Positions 31,484-43,044 of a stretch of 64,000 bases of DNA are shown here, one piece after another; within the stretch, counting starts at the first letter, position 1; every line of letters begins with the position of its first letter. A program made the translations under genes and the position numbers. The notes under the pieces were generated by a model that made no database searches, was not told where the DNA came from, and saw only the letters and a program-made list of their open reading frames with translations. Location of the stretch: NCBI GenBank assembly GCA_020184695.1, contig JAANOX010000030.1, forward strand, positions 1 through 64,000, in the 5' to 3' direction. The DNA comes from Histomonas meleagridis 2922-C6/04-290x. Taxonomy: Eukaryota > Protista > Parabasalia.

Positions 31484-32061
31484 TAACTGTTTGGTTGAGG
31501 AAACCGTATAATGCTTTGAAAAATTTGTGGTCTTTTTTGCTAATAAAGTACTCAATTGCTAAATAGAAGAAATTTGCACTAACTCTTCCACATAAGTATG
31601 GTTATATGAGATTTATTAGATTTCGAAAAAAAATAGATTACTTGATCAAGTAATATGATTTTTTTGAGGAATTTTTGGTGTTTTTATCTTAATCAAATTA
31701 TTGGAAATAAAATGAAAAATATTTTTTTATTGATATATTACAACCATCTGTTACTTAAACATTTTTGTTATTAATATTTTTTTTCTGATTATAAAAGTAA
31801 ATTTGATTTTTTTTAAAAAAATTAAATTAATTCTACCACTATAAAAATATTTTAATTAACAAGGCGATAATTATAGTTAAAGACATTTACAAGTCCATTA
31901 AGAAAAAAAGCAAAAATAAAGCTAAATGTAAAATGAGCCATTTGCTGATTATATTACAGTTTTGAATTATTGATAATCGTTTTTCACAAAATCATTTACG
32001 TTTCATTTGAAAAAATGAGGCAGAATTGTCAAAACCGAAACCTCAGCAAAAAAAAATCAAA

Positions 32062-35000
32062 ATGGAAAAATCATCAAGAACAACATCGCTAAGCGAAAAT
32101 CCTTTTGATGACAAAACTCTTACCATTAGCTCATACATAAAAGCAATTGCTGGAATTTCAAACCAATACAAATCTTTAGATTATTTAACTACATACAATA
32201 ACTTCCAAAATTTTGTCGAATTCCAATTCAAAACTGATGTCCATTTTGATGTTAATTCCTTTGTTGGTGAAATTTCACTAGCAAAGACAAGCTCAATGAA
32301 AAATACAATAATTATGTTATCAGCATTAGTTGATGCACATATAGGAAACAAAGTTGCAACAGCTAACAGAGTTTCTAAAGAAATTATTTCATTAACTGCT
32401 GATCCAGATCCAATTTTTTACATTCATTTGGAAAAGATTTTAATCTTTTTAAATAATAATCTCAAAAAATCAATGACGTACGTAATACAATCATTATCAG
32501 AAAAAGCAGGAACATGGATTAAATCAGATAAAGAAGATCAAAAAGTATCTGGTTATTATTTATTCAACAGTTTATTTAAAACATTCCCTAATTTTTATGA
32601 AGGTGATATTCCCACAGTTACAGATGTATTATCTACAGGCATTTTAAACGATAATCCAACAATATCTCGGCTTACATTAAAAACATTAAAAATTGTTTGT
32701 TCATCCAAATCAGTTAATTTCGACACACGAATTCTTGCAGCACGTTTCTTCAATTCTCTTTCAAAAGAATCTCTTCGAAGTAGTTCAATTTTTCAAACCA
32801 TTATTAGAGCATCAGTAATTCTTATTGAAACATATCCCAATGTTTCCCATATTTTTGACTTCTCCAAGACTCCTTTTAATTTCCCAGCACAACAAGATTC
32901 TGATAGCATTAATTCTTATTTGTTTTTGCTTCCTTTCATTTCCAAGACAAATCCCGAATTGTTTTCATCGGAGAACATTGAAAAAGTTCACAATTCAATC
33001 AAACCGTTTTTAAAGTCTAAATCACAGAATAAATCGAGTGCATTTACTTCAATAACATTAATAGGATTAAACTTTATTCAAAATCATAAATGTGACACGT
33101 ATGATTTTTATATAGTTAAGAAAGCAGTTCGATCATTTGATGATGATAAATGCCGAGCAGCTTTTTGTTTGTTTTATTATCTCATTGATAAAAATCAATT
33201 CCAAACGCAAGCATCAAAAGTATTTGAATATCCAATGACTGATTTTATTATTAAAGTTTTCCAGAAAATCATTGAAGTTGATAAATCATTAGAAACATTT
33301 TTACAAAGTAATGTATATCAAAGTGCAATTTCGACATTATCAAATCAAACTTCAACAACGAATGATATTATATCATCATTTGATGCAATGATACAATTAA
33401 AAGTACCACCAAATTTATCGAATGATGAATCGATTAATATATATTTAAGTTATTTATATCATAATGATTATACAATACGAAAAAAGACAATTGAATATTT
33501 ATTATATCATCAAAGTCATTGTCCTTCACTTAAGATAATTCAAGGACTTTTAGTATTTATAGGTTGTGAACTTGATTATGATTTACGTTCATCAATTTTA
33601 CCTAAATTACGTAAAGAACCAAAATCCGATGAAATTCTTAGAGATTTAATTCCATTAATTCATGATCCATATAAACAAATATGTTATGATTCGATGGAAT
33701 ATTTAATACAATTATCTGATTTACCAATATCATATTCAAGTTTAAATGATTATTTATTAGATGTCATTAATAACATTGATATTAATCCTAAAATGAATTC
33801 GAGAATGATCAAACCATTTTTGTTTTTAGGAAGAGCAGCATTTTCTAAACCTTCTTATTCATATTCTAATTCATGTAAACAATTATTAGAACAACATTCA
33901 TCATATTTATTAGAGAAAATTATTAATAAACAACCACCACTTTCATCAACGGCATTAGAATTATTATCATATTTAATACAAATTTCTTATAAAGAAGTTA
34001 ATATTAATAAATTAGAAGTTCATATTAGTAGTGCATTATTATATCATGCATCTTATAAACATACAAATTCTTCATTAATTTTATTGATTAGTGCACTTCA
34101 AGTTACATCATTAAAATATTCCATTTATAATGAACATTTCCCTATTTTCATTAAGTTAATATCTTTGACGAAATTACATACATCTGATGTATCATTTGAA
34201 TTATTACATAAAGCTATAATAAAAATCGGCGTTGTAGACCCATTAATATTTCATAAATATATGTTAAATGAAGAAAGTTCTGAAGTTCCACGAACAGTAA
34301 ATTATTTCTTATCTAAAACAGAATTTAAAGATCCACAAGAATCATTACAATTTGCATCAATAGGTTTTGTTATGAATAAAATATTTGACATATTAGAAAA
34401 CGATGCATTATCTTCATTACATGTCTTAGCTACTGATTGTTTATTAATTATATTTAGATTACATTTATATATTGGTAATTTCTTAGAGAATGAATTATAT
34501 ATATTATTAAAACGTTTAATAAATCAACATTCACAATCTGCAATCACTGTTTTGTTACCAAATTTATCGAAATTTATGACTGTTTTAGGTAGTAGTTTTT
34601 TGAAACTATTACCAGATGTTATAGATTTAATATGTAAAACATGGGAAACATATGATAAACTTAAAATAGTACAAAGCATTGAATGGTTAATGAACTTTAT
34701 AGGTAATGATTTAAGTTTATATTTACCACGAATTACTAATTTATTATTAAGTGATATTGAAACTTCTGGTGAGAAAGTTGCGTTATCAATATTTAATTCA
34801 TTATTATCATTTAGTTCACATTTATCAGAAGTTGATTATTTAATATATCCGAAAATTTTAAGTTGGTTAATATCGAATGCTAGTAATACTTCATCATGTC
34901 AAGAAACTTTATCTATTATGAAAGATATGTTATTATTTGCAGGTTCACATAAATTCGCATCACAAATAATTCGAGGAATGATACAACTTGTCCAAATTAA

Positions 35001-38000
35001 TCCTAATTTACATGATAAATCATTAGATATAATATTTATAGTATCAGCACAAATAGGACCAAAATGTTTAATATTTATACCTTCAATTAAATCATTTTTC
35101 GATATAACAAAAAATAAAAATTTACAAATTTGTATTCAAGCTTATTCATCTGATAATGGTTTACCTAATGAAATCTTATTTTTATTAAATCCTCCACAAG
35201 CTAAAACAGGTCAACGAATTCAAAGTCGTAAATTTAAAGTAGTATTAAATGATCAAGAATTAGTATTTAATACACCTTCTTTAGATTTTACTTCAAGTCA
35301 ATGGAACTTTTGGTGTAATTCATTCTTTAATTCGATTATTTTAGCTTCTCCTTCTAGAGCTATTAGTACATGTTCATTAATCTCTGAAAGATATTCTATA
35401 TTAAAAGATTCATTAGCACCTATTTCATTAGCAATGTTTATACTTAATAAGAATACTAAAGTTATTGAAACAGTAAAAATTGTATTTAATTCACCAAATG
35501 TTCCTAAGTCTGTAATTAGAGGATTTTTACAAGCATTTGAAATCTTGGAATTATTAGAAAAGAAAGTTATAGTATCAGATGAAATATATGCGAAAACTTC
35601 ATTTATAGCTGAAATTTATCCACAATCATTACGAATTTATGAGAAATTATTTGATTTACCTTACGCTGAAGTTATTCAACAAATGACAATCATAACACAA
35701 AAATTAGGTTTACCTTTATATGCTAATAGTATCTTAAAATATGCAAAAATTAATAACATTAAAGTCGATGGAAGTAAATTAGCAGAAAGAATTGGTTCAT
35801 GGGATGATGCATTAGAAATATATAATATTAAACTTAAAGAAGATCCTACAAATGAAGAATATTTAAATGGCAAATTTAAATGTTTAGAGAATTTATTAAT
35901 GTATAATGAACTTAGAGAAGTATCAAAGAATTATTCATATAAATATGAAGCGATTTCTTTATGGCATTTATTTGAAAAAGAAGAATTCATAAAAATTGCT
36001 GCACAAATTCCAGAAGATGATATATCTATATATAAAGCTATTTATTTAGTCTTAAATAATAACTTTGATAAAGCTTTAAATATGATAAAAATTTTAGTCA
36101 AGTCACAATTCGAAGATTTATTTACTTCATTATATAATGATTATGATTATTCAATTGATATTTTAGTTAAAGCTTCAAACTTAAATTTAATTGAAGAATT
36201 AATTCAATATAAAGAAATATTAAATAACATTTCGAATAATGAAAATGAAAATAATAAATTAAAACTTGAAATTAATAATATTCGTGAATTATGGATATCA
36301 CGTTTTAAACATTTACCTGATTCTACAAGTATATTATTTGAATCAATATTAATATATTCATTAATGTTTAACTTCGAAGAAATTCGTAGTGAATGGCTAC
36401 GTGTATTAAATGTATCAATTCATCAACATAATTTCCAAATATCGAACTCAATCATTAATTATATCTTTAGTAATATAAATGATAAATTTGATCCTGAAAT
36501 ACAATTCTTAAAAATACGAATTGATTGGGGACAAAAGAATAAAGAAAAAGCTATAAATGATGGATTAGAATTAATCCAAAACATCACAACAAATAACAAT
36601 TATAAACCTTATATACAACTCGCGTTAGGACAATGGTTATATAAACAAAATCGTTATGAAGAAGCAAATAATATATTAAAAGAATCATTACAATTAAATC
36701 CGAAATTAATTGATTCATATAAAACTTTAGCACAAGTAAATTTACAAATATATAATGAAACTAAAAGTTTTCCATGTTTGCTTCAAACAATTGATTCATT
36801 ATTAAATGGTTTAACATTATCATATGAAGATTCATTACCATTTACATTACGAATTCTTTCAATATTATTTAAATCAGGGACAACAGAAATATATGAATTA
36901 TTCCAATCGAAACTTGATTCATTACCATCACGAATCTGGATAAATGTATTACCACAAATTATAGCACGATCTAATTCACAAGATGATCAATTAAAGAACT
37001 TATTAATCCATTTAATGAATGTTATTGGGTCAGATCATCCACATATATTATTATATTCATTATTATTTGCATTAAAAAGTGATGATTCACAACGAAGTGA
37101 AATTGCTGCTTCAATGTTTAATTATTTACGTACAATATATCCAACAATTATTAATCAAATGTTAGAGTTTTCTAATGAATTAATTCGTGTGTCTGCCACA
37201 TGGTGGGAATCATGTCATTCAGCTTTAGATGAATCTTCACGTGCTTGTTATATCCGGAATAATCTTGAAGAATCAATTACATTATTAAATGATTTCCATA
37301 AAATCATTGAGAATCAACCAAAAACATTTTATGAGATATCTTTCATGCATGAATATGGTAAAGCATTATCTACAGCTAATACATATATACAAAAATGTAA
37401 AGAAACTAAAAATCAAATATATGTTAATCAAGCTTGGAGTATATATTCAATCTTGTTTTCACAAATTCATTCATTCTTACCACAATTCCGTGATATCCAA
37501 TTAAAATTAGCTTCAATATCTTTGCCGAAAATGAAAAACCTCGAAATAATTATTCCTGGTACTTATAAACATAATTCTGAGTTAATTACTATAAAAGAAA
37601 TTTGTTCGAATTTGACAATATTAAAATCAAAACAAAGACCAAGGAAAATGGGATTAATAGGTTCGAATGGAAGAAAATATGACTTCTTATTAAAGGCTAA
37701 TGAGGACACACGTTTGGATGAACGTGTGATGCAATTCTTTACTTATGTGAATACAATTATATCTTCAAGTTCGATACCATTACGTAAAAACTTAAGTATT
37801 ACAACTTATAGTGTGACCCCAATTACTGGTAACGTTGGCCTAATTGGGTGGGTAACAGGTTGTGATACAATGTTTGCGATCATTAAGGAATATCGAGATT
37901 TCCATTCGATCGATTTGGAGGTCGAATATAAAATTGGAAACCCACAAAATTATGGTAACTTCCCAATCGAAACAAAGATGCAGTTCTTTAGGAAAGGGAT

Positions 38001-38604
38001 AAAGACAACGAAAGGTGATGAAGTTAAGAAGATATTATTTAACCAAGCATCTGATTCGATTAATTGGCTTGAAAGACGTAAAACGTATACGACTTCATTA
38101 GCATTGACTTCAATCGCTGGTTATATATTAGGCTTAGGTGATAGACATATGCAAAATATTATGTTTAACCTTAAATCGGCAAAATTGGTTCATATTGATT
38201 TTGGTGATTGTTTCGAAGTAACACAACATAGAAAACGATTCCCTGAGTTGGTACCATTTAGATTAACAAGATTACTCGTTAACGCTTTAGAAGTCACAAG
38301 AGTCGATGGCACTTTTCGTGTATGCTGTGAAAATATTATGAAAATTTTAAGAAGAAATAATGAACAAATTTTAGGTTTGTTGGACGTGTTTATTTATGAC
38401 CCGTTGTTACAATGGATCGTGGAAGAAAATAATAGTGACGCCGCTGTCAGAGTGGTAAAAAGAATAGAAGACAAGTTAAAGGGTAATGACTTCGAAGATG
38501 AAACACAATTATCAGTGCAGGCACAAGTTAATAATTTGATCAAACAGGCAACTGATATAAGAAACTTGTGCCAAATGTTCCCTGGGTGGTACCCGTGGTG
38601 GTAA
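32062..38604 (+). CDS. TOR: TOR-family PIKK kinase (HEAT-FAT-FRB-kinase-FATC)
   Basis: WINVLPQIIAR, FRB-like ELIRVSATWWES..LDESSR, GSKQRPRK-like LKSKQRPRK, EDTRLDERVMQ, GLGDRH, HIDFGDCFE and FATC NLCQMFPGWYPWW. First ATG at 32062. Confidence 0.95.
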   Translation: MEKSSRTTSLSENPFDDKTLTISSYIKAIAGISNQYKSLDYLTTYNNFQNFVEFQFKTDVHFDVNSFVGEISLAKTSSMKNTIIMLSALVDAHIGNKVATANRVSKEIISLTADPDPIFYIHLEKILIFLNNNLKKSMTYVIQSLSEKAGTWIKSDKEDQKVSGYYLFNSLFKTFPNFYEGDIPTVTDVLSTGILNDNPTISRLTLKTLKIVCSSKSVNFDTRILAARFFNSLSKESLRSSSIFQTIIRASVILIETYPNVSHIFDFSKTPFNFPAQQDSDSINSYLFLLPFISKTNPELFSSENIEKVHNSIKPFLKSKSQNKSSAFTSITLIGLNFIQNHKCDTYDFYIVKKAVRSFDDDKCRAAFCLFYYLIDKNQFQTQASKVFEYPMTDFIIKVFQKIIEVDKSLETFLQSNVYQSAISTLSNQTSTTNDIISSFDAMIQLKVPPNLSNDESINIYLSYLYHNDYTIRKKTIEYLLYHQSHCPSLKIIQGLLVFIGCELDYDLRSSILPKLRKEPKSDEILRDLIPLIHDPYKQICYDSMEYLIQLSDLPISYSSLNDYLLDVINNIDINPKMNSRMIKPFLFLGRAAFSKPSYSYSNSCKQLLEQHSSYLLEKIINKQPPLSSTALELLSYLIQISYKEVNINKLEVHISSALLYHASYKHTNSSLILLISALQVTSLKYSIYNEHFPIFIKLISLTKLHTSDVSFELLHKAIIKIGVVDPLIFHKYMLNEESSEVPRTVNYFLSKTEFKDPQESLQFASIGFVMNKIFDILENDALSSLHVLATDCLLIIFRLHLYIGNFLENELYILLKRLINQHSQSAITVLLPNLSKFMTVLGSSFLKLLPDVIDLICKTWETYDKLKIVQSIEWLMNFIGNDLSLYLPRITNLLLSDIETSGEKVALSIFNSLLSFSSHLSEVDYLIYPKILSWLISNASNTSSCQETLSIMKDMLLFAGSHKFASQIIRGMIQLVQINPNLHDKSLDIIFIVSAQIGPKCLIFIPSIKSFFDITKNKNLQICIQAYSSDNGLPNEILFLLNPPQAKTGQRIQSRKFKVVLNDQELVFNTPSLDFTSSQWNFWCNSFFNSIILASPSRAISTCSLISERYSILKDSLAPISLAMFILNKNTKVIETVKIVFNSPNVPKSVIRGFLQAFEILELLEKKVIVSDEIYAKTSFIAEIYPQSLRIYEKLFDLPYAEVIQQMTIITQKLGLPLYANSILKYAKINNIKVDGSKLAERIGSWDDALEIYNIKLKEDPTNEEYLNGKFKCLENLLMYNELREVSKNYSYKYEAISLWHLFEKEEFIKIAAQIPEDDISIYKAIYLVLNNNFDKALNMIKILVKSQFEDLFTSLYNDYDYSIDILVKASNLNLIEELIQYKEILNNISNNENENNKLKLEINNIRELWISRFKHLPDSTSILFESILIYSLMFNFEEIRSEWLRVLNVSIHQHNFQISNSIINYIFSNINDKFDPEIQFLKIRIDWGQKNKEKAINDGLELIQNITTNNNYKPYIQLALGQWLYKQNRYEEANNILKESLQLNPKLIDSYKTLAQVNLQIYNETKSFPCLLQTIDSLLNGLTLSYEDSLPFTLRILSILFKSGTTEIYELFQSKLDSLPSRIWINVLPQIIARSNSQDDQLKNLLIHLMNVIGSDHPHILLYSLLFALKSDDSQRSEIAASMFNYLRTIYPTIINQMLEFSNELIRVSATWWESCHSALDESSRACYIRNNLEESITLLNDFHKIIENQPKTFYEISFMHEYGKALSTANTYIQKCKETKNQIYVNQAWSIYSILFSQIHSFLPQFRDIQLKLASISLPKMKNLEIIIPGTYKHNSELITIKEICSNLTILKSKQRPRKMGLIGSNGRKYDFLLKANEDTRLDERVMQFFTYVNTIISSSSIPLRKNLSITTYSVTPITGNVGLIGWVTGCDTMFAIIKEYRDFHSIDLEVEYKIGNPQNYGNFPIETKMQFFRKGIKTTKGDEVKKILFNQASDSINWLERRKTYTTSLALTSIAGYILGLGDRHMQNIMFNLKSAKLVHIDFGDCFEVTQHRKRFPELVPFRLTRLLVNALEVTRVDGTFRVCCENIMKILRRNNEQILGLLDVFIYDPLLQWIVEENNSDAAVRVVKRIEDKLKGNDFEDETQLSVQAQVNNLIKQATDIRNLCQMFPGWYPWW

Positions 38605-38677
38605 TAAAGCGAAAATTAAGTTGGCAATAAAAATTAATGTTTAAACGTGCTATTTCATAATGAAAAATTCAAAATTA

Positions 38678-39143
38678 TTATCTTGAGAATGCACTTTCTC
38701 CAATTGTTTTTATATTTATACCAAAGTTAACAACTGACAAATCAGAACAAAAGTAAAATGCTTTATTTCCAATTTTTTTTAACTTCATTTCCTATGTTAA
38801 CTTGAGTTATAGTTTTACAATTACTGAATGCTTCATTTGGAATTTCATCAACACTATTAATAATAACATAAAAAACATTATTTTTATTTGAATCTTCAAA
38901 ATCATTGGAATCATTGATGATCAATGTAGAATTTTCATCAGTAAATTGTTGAAAAGCATTGGTAAAAAATAATGCAAAAACAAATGGAACTTTTAAACTT
39001 TCATTTAATAAAAGATTCTGAATTGAAAATGATATTTTAGACTTATTTAAGTATAAGCTAAATATAATCACAAGAAAAATAAATGAAATTATAATTGGAA
39101 ATTTGGAAACTGCGGAAAAAATTCTTAAAAATATTTCATTCAA
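38678..39143 (-). pseudogene. Truncated BspA-like (TpLRR) surface-protein fragment
   Basis: EIPNEAFSNCKTITQVNIGNEVKK, then a frameshift in an A-run, then IGNKAFYFCSDLSVVNFGINIKTIGESAFSR and a stop. No clear ATG. Confidence 0.6.
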
Positions 39144-39599
39144 AGCACCTGTAAATAAGAGGAAGGTGATGATTTAAATTAAAACTTATAGAAGTGGTCG
39201 CATAGATTGAGTTTAAATTTTTGATTGTTGAAAGTAATTGTGTTTTATCAGAATATGGCTCAAATTGTAAAAATAAGAAAGAAAATTCTGATTTAACATT
39301 ATCTAAGCGATTAGAAAATGAGGAAAAAAAATTATGTACAAAAATAAGTAAAATTCATATGGTCTTAATGAAAATAATTTGACTTAAACAAAAAATTAAA
39401 GAAGAAAAAAAGATCTAGTAAAAGAATTACATTATATGCCATGAATACATTAATTTATACATCTGAAAATGGTGGAGTACTGTAACAAGTGAGCGAAATC
39501 TGCCAATGTTTTTTATATCATTTAAACAAAAGACTGTATACAATAAGTCAAAAGTTTTTATCTTTAAATTAATAAAACTATACAAATATTAAATACTTT

Positions 39600-40631
39600 T
39601 TATTTTGAGAGAAGTTTAGCCAACATTGCTGCTGCGGCATCAAACAACACCGTATTATTTACAGGGTCTTCAGAGCCGCCTCCGCCTTCGCTCTTTTTCT
39701 TGTTTGCCTTTTTGACGATGATGACGGACCCAAGGATTATGATGAGGATAATCATCAGCAGCAGATAGTAATAGAAGCATTTGCTGCTTTGATGTACTTC
39801 GGCTTTATTCACTTGTTCAACTGCTTGTTGCACTTCTGCCTGCGCATTTTCCACGTAGTTATCAATGCGGTCCAAAATTGTTCCTTGTTCGATGATAAGT
39901 GTCGAAAGATCGTTATATATATCTCGAAGATCTCCTAATTGATTAAGGATTGTGGCCAACTCAGTGTTACGCTGTGACAAATCAACTTGGTGCTGAACTA
40001 CAGCCGCCATTTGTTCACTCGTAAAACCAACATCATCAAATGATTCAAATTCGCCATCATTATCTTCATCTTCAGTTACTAATTTGGTTTTAAGCTTTTG
40101 CGCATATTGAAGCTGCATCTCACGGAATGAAATGGTGGCATCTCGAAGTCGGGCATAGTATCCTTTTTGAAGATTGGAAATGATAATGTTTTGACGAGTT
40201 GGATCAAATTGTGCAAGATCACCGATTTTGGTTTTGATGGACTTGATGGCTTTGGAAATAAGGGCGGTCTTGGCTTCGATATTAGATTCTAATGTTTTTT
40301 CATCATTAAAGGAAACCATATTAACACGCTGATGATGAAGTTCAGCTAGACTAGAAATATTACTATTGAGTTCAGAAAAACGATTTTCAATCTCTTCAGT
40401 CTTAGATGTAAGTATTTCATCTCTATGTGATCTTTCTGGTTTTTCATCAAGAAGATGATTATTAATAGATGATGAGTTTGAGCTATGGTGTTGATTTCTA
40501 TATTGGCAATAAGCTTGAGTTCTATCACGAATGAATCCTGCTTTTGAAATGTTTGTTTCCATTTTTATGGTATCGGTCATTTTCGGTTTTTTGGAAAAAG
40601 CTGCCCCATGAAAAGTGACAATAATCTTCAT
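39600..40631 (-). CDS. Qa-SNARE, syntaxin-16/Tlg2-like
   Basis: FIRDRT N-peptide-like segment, SNARE heptad ..DLSTLIIEQGTILDRIDNYV..AEVHQ and a C-terminal TM segment. The start could be 40631 or 40580. Confidence 0.85.
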   Translation of the reverse strand: MKIIVTFHGAAFSKKPKMTDTIKMETNISKAGFIRDRTQAYCQYRNQHHSSNSSSINNHLLDEKPERSHRDEILTSKTEEIENRFSELNSNISSLAELHHQRVNMVSFNDEKTLESNIEAKTALISKAIKSIKTKIGDLAQFDPTRQNIIISNLQKGYYARLRDATISFREMQLQYAQKLKTKLVTEDEDNDGEFESFDDVGFTSEQMAAVVQHQVDLSQRNTELATILNQLGDLRDIYNDLSTLIIEQGTILDRIDNYVENAQAEVQQAVEQVNKAEVHQSSKCFYYYLLLMIILIIILGSVIIVKKANKKKSEGGGGSEDPVNNTVLFDAAAAMLAKLLSK

Positions 40632-41035
40632 TCATTGTTCTCCATTTAAATTCATGTTTTTTTTGATATTTTTTGGAACAGATTGTAATAAAAATATAGC
40701 GACTTTATTTCCTCGAATTAAGATTATTACTTTTTTAGTTATTAGTTTAAATTTTTAAAATGATTTATAAAAAATGATCTTTCATTATTTATAGAAGAAA
40801 ATAATGACTATGAACACCCTTCTTAACTCTTTGAATGAAACAACCTAATGTTTATGATTCATTCGTCTATTATCACAGATATTTTTTTCTTCCAAATTTT
40901 GTTCACATCACCTGAAGTTAACCGCTTTTTTTGAATTGTGCACAAAATTTTTTTAAGAAAGTTGTCAAAATTTTGAATCAAAATTTCGCTATTGAATAGT
41001 TTCAATTCTTCGCCTTGGATGAGTTCATTTTCTGA

Positions 41036-42064
41036 ATGGAAGACACACAGGAAAAGCCAAAGATGACTAAGGTGTATAAGCATGAAATTGACAGGCCGCC
41101 AGAAGTTATTAAGAATCCTTTAGCAATTGAAGCACTTGAAATTTTTAAAAATGGTACTTACACCAATAATTTAGGCGAAGTCATTGAAATCAAAGATGCA
41201 TTGGAAAACTGCATGAAGGGAACCATTTTATTTAAACCTGATCATGTGCATAATTTACCTACAAATCCACACAAATCACCAATAATTGAAGTTACACGTG
41301 AAAAATCTCTTGACAACTGCATCAGAATTACACGCGATCACATTGCATCAGGGAATAATTCGGAAATGAGAATTGCATGTTTAAACTATGCATCTGCACG
41401 AAATCCTGGTGGTGGTTTTTGGTCACTTGCAGATGAACAGGAGGAAACTCTTTCTAGAGTATCTGGTCTTTGGCCATCATTAATCACCAAAAAAGAAATG
41501 TACGAATACAATCGCCAACTTGATACATGTCTTTATTCTGACTATATGATACTATCTCCAGACGTTCCTGTCTTCAAAGATAGTAAGTATAGATTTCTTG
41601 ATAAGCCAATGTATTTTTCAATCATCACATCACCTGCGGTAAATGCAGGAATTGTTAGGCGTAGAGGTGGGCCTGATGTTGATAAGATTGAAGAAGTCAT
41701 GCTTGAAAGGATTAGGAAAGTGATTTCTGTTGCTGCATGTGGAAAGTACAATGTTCTTATTCTTGGTGCATGGGGATGTTGTTGCTTCAGAAACGATCCT
41801 GTAATGATTGCAAACGCATTTAAGAAGGTTCTATTTGAAGAGGGCTTAGGTGGTTATTTTGATAGAATATGTTTTCCAATTCATGATTATAACAAAGGAA
41901 GAGATCTTGTGGCAATATTCTGTGATTGTTTGGGAGTTCAAAGAACTTCAATTCCATCAGATAATGAACCGGATAAGAAAAAAATGACTTGGAAGGACAA
42001 AAAAGAAATGAGAAAGAAGGAGAAGGAGAAGGAGAAAAGAGAAGCTTTAAAAAATGAAAATTAA
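41036..42064 (+). CDS. TIGR02452/DUF2263-type (microbial PARG-like) macrodomain protein
   Basis: CLNYASARNPGGGF..QEETL, YSDYMILSPDVPVF, ITSPAVNAG and LILGAWGCCCFRNDP. Confidence 0.85.
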   Translation: MEDTQEKPKMTKVYKHEIDRPPEVIKNPLAIEALEIFKNGTYTNNLGEVIEIKDALENCMKGTILFKPDHVHNLPTNPHKSPIIEVTREKSLDNCIRITRDHIASGNNSEMRIACLNYASARNPGGGFWSLADEQEETLSRVSGLWPSLITKKEMYEYNRQLDTCLYSDYMILSPDVPVFKDSKYRFLDKPMYFSIITSPAVNAGIVRRRGGPDVDKIEEVMLERIRKVISVAACGKYNVLILGAWGCCCFRNDPVMIANAFKKVLFEEGLGGYFDRICFPIHDYNKGRDLVAIFCDCLGVQRTSIPSDNEPDKKKMTWKDKKEMRKKEKEKEKREALKNEN

Positions 42065-42212
42065 AGTATTTCTTTCCTTTCACACTTTTTTTTAAGACAA
42101 AATCTTTAAATTTATTTATATAAACATATATGTTAAGCATATTTATGAAAATAAATATATTTTACAAATTTTATGAATCAAAACAATATTGACATTTAAA
42201 ATGATATTAATT

Positions 42213-42791
42213 TTAAAAAATGCTACATTTACCTTTCTTTTTTTTCTTCTTTTTTTCTGGTTTATTACCTGGTTGAGTATTTGAAGTGTTTTGCTTTAGG
42301 ATAGCTTTAACAAGCTCAGAAAATGCATCTTCGATATGAATATTAGCAAGAGCAGAAGTTTCAAAAAATATTGCACCTATTTTTTGTGCAAGTTCTTCTC
42401 CTTCTGATTTATTAACCATACGTTTGACCTCAAGATCACATTTGTTTCCACAAATTACTATTGGAACTTGTTGAGTTCCTTTTGTTCGTGTAATATCACG
42501 ATGAAAAACTTCAACTTCATCAAAGGAAGATCGATCATCAATTGCATAAACAATAATAAATCCTTTCCCTTGTCGCATGTATGAAATCCTCATCGGTGCA
42601 AAGTCATCCTGTCCAGCTGTATCAAGGATATCAAGCTGGATATTTTCGTCACCTATAAGAAGCACTCTTTTATAAGAATCTTCAATTGTTGGATCATAAT
42701 CTGTAATGAAATAACCTTGAACAAATTGTATTGTTAATGCTGACTTTCCAACAGCACCTGCACCAAATACAACTACTTTTATTTCACTCAT
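42213..42791 (-). CDS. Ras-family small GTPase with a polybasic CaaX tail
   Basis: GAGAVGKS, YDPTIEDSY, DTAGQ, NKCD, ETSA and KKKKKKGKCSIF. ATG at 42791. Confidence 0.95.
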   Translation of the reverse strand: MSEIKVVVFGAGAVGKSALTIQFVQGYFITDYDPTIEDSYKRVLLIGDENIQLDILDTAGQDDFAPMRISYMRQGKGFIIVYAIDDRSSFDEVEVFHRDITRTKGTQQVPIVICGNKCDLEVKRMVNKSEGEELAQKIGAIFFETSALANIHIEDAFSELVKAILKQNTSNTQPGNKPEKKKKKKKGKCSIF

Positions 42792-43044
42792 TCCAAAAAT
42801 GATTCCATTTATCAAAATTTTATGCTTAATTTAAAGGTCTGCTTTTTTATTAATTTATAAATAAAACTGTTAATATTTTTTAACCTTATTGATTTATTTC
42901 TTAAATAAAATTATGTTAAAAGTATAAATCTTAATATTTAATATCTATTTGATTAAAATAATAAAAAACACATACATTATAAAAAAAATTGTTGAATATT
43001 TTTGCCAAATATATATATATATAATATTAAGATATATTTTTTAT

